This document shows positions 49,941 to 57,798 of a stretch of 64,000 nucleotides of DNA, in pieces; the first letter of the stretch is position 1; the number at the start of each line of letters is the position of its first letter. The notes beneath the pieces were generated by a model. It ran no database searches. It was given only the letters and a program-made list of their open reading frames with translations, and was not told the DNA's origin. Source of the stretch: Eubacteriales bacterium. GTDB lineage: Bacteria; Bacillota; Clostridia; Oscillospirales; CAG-382. The position numbers and the translations under genes are program-made. The stretch covers positions 1,271-65,270 of the forward strand of contig JAZUOO010000066.1 in assembly GCA_045604705.1 (NCBI GenBank), in the 5' to 3' direction.

Positions 49941-50272
49941 AAAAGTGGATAGTGAAGAGGATTGTGCCCCTCTGAGGATAGTTTAAATTAAAGCATTGCA
50001 ATTCCTGCAGACACACCCTCAGTCCGGAGAAAACATAGCTTTCTTTTAGAGAATTCTCTGAATTTTTCAATCTACGGTGACAGCTCCCTCGGAGAGGGTG
50101 CCTTGGGTAAGTGTACCAATGGTGTTTTGGTGTTGATTGGAATTGTGACATTCCTGCGAGGTGACGGGACAGAGCAAGGGTGTCTCTGCCTTGCGGCGAA
50201 CATTGATATATTATCCGCAAATACAATTAGGTATCTCAAGAAACTCAAAGTGATTTGAGTGTCCACTTTTTT
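49941..50272 (+). ncRNA. Candidate structured RNA or MITE-like element bounded by 11-nt inverted repeats
   Basis: AAAAGTGGATA (49941-49951) pairs with TGTCCACTTTT (50260-50270), then TT. The interior is G+C-richer by eye, with several complementary GC-rich segments. No credible ORF. Confidence 0.3.
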
Positions 50273-50333
50273 AAATGACTTTATACAGTTCACCAATTAT
50301 CAACTTTAAGATGAAACAACACCCTACAATAAA
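50260..50333. repeat. Right boundary repeat (TGTCCACTTTTTT ... CACCAATTATCAACT), followed by 3 heptamer units at 50334-50354
   Basis: Direct-orientation partner of 38195-38270. Its first 35 nt match the reverse complement of 55877-55911 at 31 of 35 positions. Confidence 0.65.
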
Positions 50334-50348
50334 TTATGTATTATGCAT

Positions 50349-50390
50349 TAAAAAAAGGCGTCTCCTTTTTACGGGAAACGTCTTTCTTCT
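50349..50390. terminator. Bidirectional terminator downstream of fba
   Basis: GGCGTCTCC (50357-50365) pairs with GGAAACGTC (50374-50382), with one mismatch and one wobble. A-run before, TTTCTTCT after. Confidence 0.5.
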
Positions 50391-50421
50391 TAATTATGAA
50401 TTTTTAATTCCTAATTGATTC

Positions 50422-51285
50422 TCACGCTTTGTTTGCAGAACCGAAGAGTTCAATCTTTTCCTTAACCGTTGCTTTTATAGCTTCACAGCCGGGTGCGAGC
50501 AGCTTTCTGGGGTCAAAACCCTTGCCCGCAAGATCCTTGCCTTCTTCGATATACTTTCTTGTTGCAGCAGCAAAGGAGAGCTGACATTCTGTGTTAACGT
50601 TGATCTTGGATACGCCGAGGTCAATAGCCTTCTTTATCATTTCTTCGGGGATACCTGTACCACCGTGAAGAACGAGGGGCATCTTGCCTGTCTTTTCCTG
50701 AACCTTTGCGAGAGTTTCAAAGGAGAGACCTGCCCAGTTTTCGGGGTACTTACCGTGGATGTTTCCGATACCTGCAGCGAGCATTGTAACACCAAGGTCT
50801 GCAATCATCTTGCATTCTTCGGGATCAGCACATTCGCCGGCACCTACAACGCCGTCTTCTTCGCCACCGATGGAGCCAACTTCAGCTTCAAGAGAGAGTC
50901 CCTTTTCTGCAGCAACCTTTACGAGTTCCTTGGTCTTTTCGATGTTTTCTTCAATCGGGTAGTGAGAGCCATCGAACATAATGGAAGAAAATCCTGCTTC
51001 AATGCACTTGTAGCAGTGTTCGTATGAACCGTGGTCAAGGTGGAGAGCTACGGGAACTGTGATGTTGAGTTCCTGGAGCATACCGTTAATCATTCCAACG
51101 ATTGTCTTGTAGCCGCACATATACTTTCCTGCACCCTCGGATACGCCGAGAATTACGGGAGAGTTCATTTCCTGTGCTGTGAGAAGAATGGACTTTGCCC
51201 ATTCAAGGTTGTTGATATTGAACTGACCTACTGCGTAGTGACCTTCCTTTGCCTTGGTGAGCATTTCCTTTGCAGATACTAACAT
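50422..51285 (-). CDS. fba: Class II fructose-1,6-bisphosphate aldolase
   Basis: GHYAVGQFNINNLEW, LHLDHG, VLHGGTGIP and SKINVNTE, the class II FBA/tagatose-bisphosphate aldolase motifs; 287 aa. Confidence 0.9.
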   Translation of the reverse strand: MLVSAKEMLTKAKEGHYAVGQFNINNLEWAKSILLTAQEMNSPVILGVSEGAGKYMCGYKTIVGMINGMLQELNITVPVALHLDHGSYEHCYKCIEAGFSSIMFDGSHYPIEENIEKTKELVKVAAEKGLSLEAEVGSIGGEEDGVVGAGECADPEECKMIADLGVTMLAAGIGNIHGKYPENWAGLSFETLAKVQEKTGKMPLVLHGGTGIPEEMIKKAIDLGVSKINVNTECQLSFAAATRKYIEEGKDLAGKGFDPRKLLAPGCEAIKATVKEKIELFGSANKA

Positions 51286-51333
51286 TTTGTTATCCTCCGT
51301 TTTTTGTTTGTTTGGGTTTTAACATACATATAT

Positions 51334-51362
51334 ATTATACACTATTTTATGTTGGATTGCAA
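51334..51362 (-). promoter_or_regulatory. Putative sigma-A promoter for fba
   Basis: Minus strand: TTGCAA (51357-51362), 17-nt spacer ending TAGTG, TATAAT (51334-51339). Confidence 0.45.
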
Positions 51363-51530
51363 GGGGTATGCGAAAATTATTACAAATTTCATCATAAATG
51401 TATACTTATGGGCTTTTATCTGATGTTTTTTTGCACAATGTACAACAAGAGATTATGTACAGGATGTATAAATTGTGCACGCTTTACTGTGACGGTTAAT
51501 ATTTTTTTGAAAGATATACTATAATGAGTT

Positions 51531-51786
51531 CGCATGGCAAACCCAAAGACTTACCTTGTGGCTTCGTGCGAAAAAGATTAGGAGCGATATTAAAGGCATA
51601 TGATTTTGTTCTTCGTCAGACAGACTTTAAAAGGGTATTTGTTGAAAGATTTCAGATTGTCGGGGGCGACAGGGAGAAGCTTGTGTCGGTTGACAACAAG
51701 AATTACCCGGCGATGCTTAATAAATTCTTCCCGAACCTGAACAAACGAAAATATTTTATTTTACCCGACGGCTGTCGGGCTTTTTG
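51531..51786 (+). other. Orphan terminator-bounded transcript (sRNA candidate, or a short or decayed ORF)
   Basis: TATAAT at 51520-51525 and a strong terminator at 51764-51786. The listed 100-aa ORF has no RBS, uses rare codons and reads through the terminator and the next promoter. Confidence 0.3.
51764..51786 (+). terminator. Intrinsic terminator
   Basis: CCCGAC-GGCT-GTCGGG followed by CTTTTTG. Confidence 0.7.
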
Positions 51787-51806
51787 CGTTATATTTTGTA
51801 AAAGTA

Positions 51807-51835
51807 TTGCATTTTTTGTCGGATAATGGTAGAAT
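51807..51835 (+). promoter_or_regulatory. Putative sigma-A promoter for comEC
   Basis: TTGCAT (51807-51812), 17-nt spacer ending ATGG, TAGAAT (51830-51835). Confidence 0.45.
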
Positions 51836-51974
51836 AAATGGAATAGTCTTTTTATGGGAATTTTTCAAAAGACGGATTTGTTTTTTTACTCTTGTGATGC
51901 GGCTGATCTGTGAAACCGTGATCGGGAGGGTGTGTCTTTTGTAAATTATACCGATTTTCGGATAGGAGATTGTT

Positions 51975-54368
51975 ATGAAATTCAGGAAATTGTTGATAAT
52001 AAGGAATAAGCCTGCTCTTTATTGCGCGGTTTTTATTCTGTACTTGTTTTTCGGAATTACATCAAACCTTGACGGGGCGGGGACAGCATTCGGTACATTA
52101 CATATTATCGCTTCCGTTGCCTTTCTTGCGTTTCGCAGACCGGACGGAGAGTTTTTCAAGACATTCGGGATGATACTTTTTGCATCGGCTTTTGGACTTT
52201 TCTGGTCGCTTGCGGCAAAATATGTGTATTATTATCCGTCACAGCGTTTTATTGATAAGTATGCCGGCGGGGAGCGTGAGATGGTTATTCGTATTGACAA
52301 GGTTGATTCTTACGGCAATGCGTATGCCAATTACAATTGCAGTGTTCTTTTGTGCGAGGGTGTGGAAACGGAAAATGTTTTCGGAGTATATCCGTCTTTG
52401 AGACTCAGCTGTTTCGGCGGCGATTTTGCACAAAAGGGTGATGTTGTTGCCGTAAAGGGTGAAATTACACTTCCCGAGGTTGAAACCGCAAGCGGATTTG
52501 AAGAGGAAAAGTATCTAAAGTCAAGACATATCTTCATGAGCTGTGATTACAACGGAACAATGACTCTTCTTGAAAAGGGTAGCGAAAGCGGCTTTGACAG
52601 GGTACGCGACAGGCTATTGGACAATATTACAAAATATGTCGGTAACAGTGTGGGAGATGAGACTGCTGTTGCAAGATGTATGCTTCTGGGTGATAAGACC
52701 TTGGTTACGAAACAGCTCAAGGAAACATTCAGAGCCGCTGGAATATCCCATGTTCTGAGCGTTTCCGGTTTGCATTTGTCAATACTTTTTATGACGGTAT
52801 CTGCACTTTTCGGTCTTGGCAAAAGGTCACCCAGGAGGAATTTTGTTTATGCGGAAGCAGTGTCATGTTTTTTTGTGCTTTTGTATATGGCACTTGCGGA
52901 TTTTACGCCGTCCATCATGCGTGCAGGCTTTATGCTGATTTTTATGAATCTTTATTCTGTGGTAAGCTTTTACAAAAGAAGGCTGAGTGGTTTTCGAAAG
53001 GTCAAAGAAGTACCTCTTGGCGAAGCTGGTATTGTCACAGATGACGGAAGCTACAACGTGAAGAGTTCTCAAAGATTTGTCGGAGCTTTTAATTCGGTTT
53101 CCGCACTGTTTTGCGCGGGAGCGATGATACTGATAATATCGCCCTACTCTTTGTATGATGTTGGAATACAGCTTTCCTTTATGTCTACACTGGGTATACT
53201 TGTCGTTGTTTGGGTTTTTGGTTTTTTTGACAACAAGAGGTTGAATCCCATAATTCGTGCGGTGTTGACGTCGCTGCTTATCACCTTATCTGCCGTAAGC
53301 TTTACATTGCCGATATGCATATATAATTTCGGATCGCTCTCAACGGTAAGTTTTATTTCAAATCTTATTGTAACGCCGGTCATGACTCCGCTTCTTGCGA
53401 TACTGCTTGTGCTTGCACTGATCTCACTGCTTCCCGAAATCGGGGTGGTTACGACGGTATGTGTTTTCCTCGGACAAATCTCGGAAATACTGTGCGGTTT
53501 CTGCATCAGGGTGGCGAAATTTATCGGCGGCTTGAGCTTTTCGGTGATCCCTGCACGTGAAAGTATTGTACTTGTTGTTGTGTTTATGCTGTACGTTGTT
53601 TTTACGGTGGTTTGTCTGTTTCTTGGATTGAAACGGCTTTGTGCTGTTGGTTGCTTATCCGTTATGTGTCTTTATTTTGTGTATATGGGTATAAGTTTTT
53701 CGGCATTTCTTTCAGACTTTTCCGAGCCTTACGTCAATTTCTGCACGGTGGGCACACGTCCTTATTTCTGCATTGCGGTGAGGGATGAAAGGATATTCTT
53801 TGATGACGCTTCGGGAATTGCTTCGGACAGTATAATCAGGAAGTCCCTCGGGGAGTCATTTTATCAGACAGATAACATATATGTTGTTGTACCGAACGGC
53901 GATGCTGACTTTGATTCTGTGCTGTTTAATATAGGCTATCTTGATAAAAGTGAGAAGATAAAGGCGGTTCTTTTGCCGTCGGACCAGATGTGTGAGAGTG
54001 CCGGTGTGAATCTTGACGGGTATGGGGAATTTATCAGGGAACTTTCGGAAAAAGGTTTCAATATCGTTTATTACGGTTCGGAATTTAACGCCTGCGGGAT
54101 AGAATTTAAAGCCGCTGCAGAGAACTGTTTTTCAGGGTTTATCTTTAATGATGTCAGTGTGATTTTTGCGTATTCCTATGATGAGGAATATGCGGATAAA
54201 TTTTCTGCCGGCTCAAAGGCTTGTATATACTTCTGCCAAAGTGCGGATAAGACGGATAATCTTGGTTACAAATCCGAGGCACAATTATTTGTTTCCTCTC
54301 ATGTGCATACCAATGTACGTGGAGCGAATGCAATTCCTGTGAGGAAGCCGGCGGTTTTGGAAAAATAG
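51975..54368 (+). CDS. comEC: ComEC/Rec2 DNA internalization channel protein with degenerate C-terminal MBL-like domain
   Basis: OB/DUF4131-like N-terminal region. Competence domain LLGDKTLVTKQLKETFRAAGISHVLSVSGLHLSILF and many TM segments. The C-terminal ~200 aa lack HxHxDH. Confidence 0.85.
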   Translation: MKFRKLLIIRNKPALYCAVFILYLFFGITSNLDGAGTAFGTLHIIASVAFLAFRRPDGEFFKTFGMILFASAFGLFWSLAAKYVYYYPSQRFIDKYAGGEREMVIRIDKVDSYGNAYANYNCSVLLCEGVETENVFGVYPSLRLSCFGGDFAQKGDVVAVKGEITLPEVETASGFEEEKYLKSRHIFMSCDYNGTMTLLEKGSESGFDRVRDRLLDNITKYVGNSVGDETAVARCMLLGDKTLVTKQLKETFRAAGISHVLSVSGLHLSILFMTVSALFGLGKRSPRRNFVYAEAVSCFFVLLYMALADFTPSIMRAGFMLIFMNLYSVVSFYKRRLSGFRKVKEVPLGEAGIVTDDGSYNVKSSQRFVGAFNSVSALFCAGAMILIISPYSLYDVGIQLSFMSTLGILVVVWVFGFFDNKRLNPIIRAVLTSLLITLSAVSFTLPICIYNFGSLSTVSFISNLIVTPVMTPLLAILLVLALISLLPEIGVVTTVCVFLGQISEILCGFCIRVAKFIGGLSFSVIPARESIVLVVVFMLYVVFTVVCLFLGLKRLCAVGCLSVMCLYFVYMGISFSAFLSDFSEPYVNFCTVGTRPYFCIAVRDERIFFDDASGIASDSIIRKSLGESFYQTDNIYVVVPNGDADFDSVLFNIGYLDKSEKIKAVLLPSDQMCESAGVNLDGYGEFIRELSEKGFNIVYYGSEFNACGIEFKAAAENCFSGFIFNDVSVIFAYSYDEEYADKFSAGSKACIYFCQSADKTDNLGYKSEAQLFVSSHVHTNVRGANAIPVRKPAVLEK

Positions 54369-54578
54369 TTCGATTTTATATTAAATTGAATAAATATTGC
54401 ACGCAGGAGGAACGAGTGCATGGGCAAGTCGGAAATGACCGATGAGTTTATCACATTCTCAAAGCCGAAGTTAGTTAAAAGCACAACGTGAATTTATAAT
54501 TTTTGGGGAAACAGTGTAAAACTAAGGTTCATGGCAAATTCCCTTTATCTTGTTGAAATTGTCTGAATATAAAAACAG

Positions 54579-54612
54579 ATCCGTCTCTTTTTTCAGGAGG
54601 CGGATTTATTTT
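54579..54612 (+). terminator. Intrinsic terminator downstream of comEC
   Basis: ATCCGTCTC (54579-54587) pairs with GAGGCGGAT (54597-54605), one G-U pair, then TTATTTTCG. Confidence 0.55.
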
Positions 54613-54794
54613 CGTAGATAAGTGACACTTGACAATATTCGGGTTCGGATTAATAATCACAAATACAGGTAACAGTACAAAATGGTTATTATCTACAAAA
54701 AACAATATATATGTTTATAACAATTACCCAGTGAGATTTTACACTTCCGAACGTTCTGTATTACAAAACAAAACATTTGAAAGGAGTTTTCAAA

Positions 54795-55871
54795 ATGAAA
54801 AAAAGAATTATATCAATCCTATTATCTGCAGCACTTACCGTATCGGCATTTACATCAATTGCAAGCGCACAGGACAGAGGCATTTTCAAGCTTGAGAATC
54901 ACGGTGATTATCAAATTTTTTATACAACAAGAACAGCTCACGCCGCAATGCGAGTAGGAACAGTATGGCTGTATTCCGACTGCGGTGTGCTTGATAAAGA
55001 CGGTAAGCTGCTGGTTGAGCCGATATACTATAAAATAAATCCCCAAAAAGAGGGTAGAACACTGTTTGGCATTCAAAATGATGATTACACCATATCATAC
55101 GGTTTTTTCGACGAAAATTGGCAACCCATGGCAGTAAAATACGACGAAGCTCGTGACTATTCCGAGGGCGTTGCGGTTGTCGGAATGAACATTGGAGCAC
55201 CAAGCCCTATTGCTACAACCATGCGTTACGGTGTAATTGATAAGAACGGCAGCATTATTATCCCGACAGACTATCATCACATTGATGATGCAAAAGACGG
55301 AAAAATCGCAGTATATCTCGAAGAACAAACCTACCCAATGACCGAGAGCAAGCCGAGAATAGGATATTTTTCCACAGACGGAACACTGCTTGAAGAACCG
55401 ATATTCCGTCACGAAAATAAGGAGCATGAGGTTATAACATATGTAAATTCCGTAGCTTTCGGTGATATACGAGTCGGCAATACCACGCTTGAATATCCGA
55501 TAGTAAGCATAAACAGCGTTGACAGATACGGCTGCTACTTGCCTCTTACATATGATAACTGCAAAATGCTCGGGCTTGGTATAAGCTGGACACCTGAGAG
55601 TGGTCTTGCCATCTGGAGCAAAGGTACAGAGCCTGTTGCAGGAGGTTTTGGTAAGAGCATAATGTCGGAGAACGGCAAAGCAGCAATGTCTCTGTATGAC
55701 GGCGAAATAACAATAAACGGCAAAAAATACGCCAACAGGGATGCTTCCATTCCTATGCTTTATTATAAAGACATAGTGTATTTCCCGCTGTATTGGTCAC
55801 ACGCAATGTATGAGCTGGGAATGAGCTATTCATACAGCCTTGAAAATGGAATGGTGATTACGGTGAATTAA
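54795..55871 (+). CDS. Secreted WG-repeat protein with two C-terminal ~50-aa YP..Y.DI.YFP modules
   Basis: ATG 54795 after AAAGGAG. Signal peptide ending SIASAQD. Repeats of type YDEARDYSEGVAVV / GVIDKNGSIIIP (KWG/WG repeat). C-terminal ITINGKKYANRDASIPMLYYKDIVYFPLYW. Confidence 0.8.
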   Translation: MKKRIISILLSAALTVSAFTSIASAQDRGIFKLENHGDYQIFYTTRTAHAAMRVGTVWLYSDCGVLDKDGKLLVEPIYYKINPQKEGRTLFGIQNDDYTISYGFFDENWQPMAVKYDEARDYSEGVAVVGMNIGAPSPIATTMRYGVIDKNGSIIIPTDYHHIDDAKDGKIAVYLEEQTYPMTESKPRIGYFSTDGTLLEEPIFRHENKEHEVITYVNSVAFGDIRVGNTTLEYPIVSINSVDRYGCYLPLTYDNCKMLGLGISWTPESGLAIWSKGTEPVAGGFGKSIMSENGKAAMSLYDGEITINGKKYANRDASIPMLYYKDIVYFPLYWSHAMYELGMSYSYSLENGMVITVN

Positions 55872-55876
55872 GAATC

Positions 55877-55946
55877 GGTGAACTTTAAAAACTCATTTAA
55901 AAAAGTGGTCACTGTCCATTGACCTCTGTTCACTGTCCACTCAAAG
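55877..55946. repeat. Third (inverted) copy of the boundary repeat plus TGTCCA(C/T)T words
   Basis: GGTGAACTTTAAAAACTCATTTAAAAAAGTGGTCA matches the reverse complement of 50260-50294 at 31 of 35 positions. It is followed by CACTGTCCATTGACC and CACTGTCCACTCAAAG. Confidence 0.7.
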
Positions 55947-55979
55947 ACTGTAAATTATATGTATTACGGAGGATTAATC

Positions 55980-57626
55980 ATGAAACACACACTATCACTT
56001 TTATTCGGACTTTTTGTAACTTTAATACTTACAATTGCGGCATCGGCGGTATCGGCAAATCTTCCGACCTTTGACGTAACCCTCAACGGCGTAAAGGTTG
56101 AGAATCAAAACAGGGAATATCCGCTTATTGTTTATAAGGATATTACATATTTCCCCATGACCTACTATGACTGCCGTTTTCTCGGGCTTATCACCGAGTG
56201 GGACAACGACACGAGAACTCTTTATATCAACAAGGAAACTATCACCTGTGCATACAGAGATCAGAATCTGCCGTGGGCAAACGGAAGCATATTCGATCCG
56301 ATCATCTGCGATTTCAATATAATCGTAAACGGAAAAGTTATTGACAATTCCGCCGAGGAATATCCGCTTTTGACATTCCGTGACATTACATATTTTCCTC
56401 TTACATGGCGTTTTGCTTATGAAGAATTTGAATGGGACTACAGCTTTACATCCGAATCGGGACTTGTTATAAACTCCGATAACGACAAAACCAAGATTAT
56501 AACTCTCCCCAACATACAGGGTTCTGCTGCACTCGATGATCAATACTATTATTATAACGGCTCAATCGGCGAAAAGAATTACATATATCGTGCCCCTATA
56601 TCTGAACCTTCAAAGGCAGAGATTATCTACGAAATGCCAAATACTCCGCTATCAAGACAGGCTGCCTTCGTAAACAGCAGTGACGGTACCTATATTCAAT
56701 ATATTTCAGGGTCAAGTCCCGTTATGAGTACTCGCAAATTCTATAAAATAAATTCCGACGGAACGGTAACCGAGGGTTATCCCGATAAATATTGGTACGG
56801 AAGTCACGGTTATACCGAAGTGAACGTAAGAAACGAGAACATCTCGGTAAAAGCGGCAACTCAATTCCCCGGCTCATCAACGGTAATAACCTATACTAAA
56901 GACGGCAAAACAGTTGAAGCCCCCGTACTTCCCGGCAGAGTGAGTCTGGGCTGCAGGATAGACGGCAATACTTTCGACAGGATACCTCTTGAGAATTGCA
57001 TAAAAATATTCGGAGACAAGATTTACTACACAGCCTTTGACTACGAACAGGAAAAAGCCGATAGCAATCTCTATGTTATAGACATGACCACGGGAGAGAA
57101 CCAAAAGATACTTGACGGTGTCTGCGGCTTCCATGTTTATACAGGTTGGGTCAATGACCTTGACTCTGACAGCACAATGATAATCTACGGCGTGGACGGA
57201 AAGATTATGCGCTACACGGAAAAGAATAGGGAGATATGCGAAGTCCACTCATCCGCAGAAACCGCTGAAATGATTCTTGAAGCTGCAGCGGGAGATTATC
57301 AGATATACACACTGCAAAAATCCCTTGACGGAAGCAAGACAATAGTTCAGACCTTTGACTGCTATGCATCGGGACAGGGCAGCGTAAACGCGACGATATT
57401 CCAAACCGCAACGGGCACAACTCACACCGTATACGGTAACAGACTGGTAGTTTGCACCTTTGGCGAATCACCGAATGACACAATCAGAACGATAGTCTTA
57501 CCGTGGAACGACAACTATTTGGGCTTGCGCACATCCGATGTAATCTCAAGTATATACATCTATGGCGATACTGTTCTCTATACTCTCAGTGACAATACCG
57601 TTGTTTTGGCGGAGCTTAAAAATTGA
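55980..57626 (+). CDS. Secreted protein: two N-terminal ~50-aa modules plus a DUF5050-like beta-propeller region
   Basis: ATG 55980 after GGAGG. Signal peptide. VTLNGVKVENQNREYPLIVYKDITYFPMTYY and IIVNGKVIDNSAEEYPLLTFRDITYFPLTW. Later YYYYNG ... IYYTAF repeats. Confidence 0.75.
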   Translation: MKHTLSLLFGLFVTLILTIAASAVSANLPTFDVTLNGVKVENQNREYPLIVYKDITYFPMTYYDCRFLGLITEWDNDTRTLYINKETITCAYRDQNLPWANGSIFDPIICDFNIIVNGKVIDNSAEEYPLLTFRDITYFPLTWRFAYEEFEWDYSFTSESGLVINSDNDKTKIITLPNIQGSAALDDQYYYYNGSIGEKNYIYRAPISEPSKAEIIYEMPNTPLSRQAAFVNSSDGTYIQYISGSSPVMSTRKFYKINSDGTVTEGYPDKYWYGSHGYTEVNVRNENISVKAATQFPGSSTVITYTKDGKTVEAPVLPGRVSLGCRIDGNTFDRIPLENCIKIFGDKIYYTAFDYEQEKADSNLYVIDMTTGENQKILDGVCGFHVYTGWVNDLDSDSTMIIYGVDGKIMRYTEKNREICEVHSSAETAEMILEAAAGDYQIYTLQKSLDGSKTIVQTFDCYASGQGSVNATIFQTATGTTHTVYGNRLVVCTFGESPNDTIRTIVLPWNDNYLGLRTSDVISSIYIYGDTVLYTLSDNTVVLAELKN

Positions 57627-57798
57627 CTTATGTACGATTTTATATTTGGCAGGAGTGGTTTGAAATAATAAATAATTATTCGCAGCAATACTTACCTGTA
57701 CCGCTGTAATAACGGCGGTATATACCGCAGACGAAACAAAATATCTCGTTTCCCGTTCTCTGAAGTATAGTGAGCTGAAACAGTCCGTACTTAAATGT

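Noticed and set aside
49859-50040. RNase P-like words AAGTCCACGGTGCTG (49859) and AAAACATAGCTT (50029)
   Set aside because: The two strands would not form a P4 helix (CCACG versus CTATG). The GAGGAAAGTCC context is missing, and the 170-nt spacing is far too short for RNase P RNA.
49732-50226. 164-aa minus-strand ORF (and the 68-aa ORF at 49498-49704) in the non-coding tract
   Set aside because: Neither has an RBS. Their composition is rich in Arg, His, Cys and Ser, and they overlap the well-formed plus-strand promoter, RBS, peptide and terminator unit.
51535-51580. GGCAAACC word suggestive of a c-di-GMP-I (GEMM) riboswitch
   Set aside because: There is no GNRA-capped P1 hairpin after it and no ACGCAAAGCC second half, so the surrounding sequence does not fit the GEMM consensus as I recall it.
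54420-54491. 23-codon ORF MGKSEMTDEFITFSKPKLVKSTT downstream of comEC, with AGGAGG 9 nt upstream
   Set aside because: It is too short to support without conservation or ribosome data, and it may be chance. It is noted for anyone with comparative data.
57699-57728. Perfect 14-nt palindrome GCGGTATATACCGC, with an extra TACCGC upstream, between convergent genes
   Set aside because: It is most simply a transcript-end hairpin between convergent genes. There is no T-run, and I did not notice other copies elsewhere in the window.
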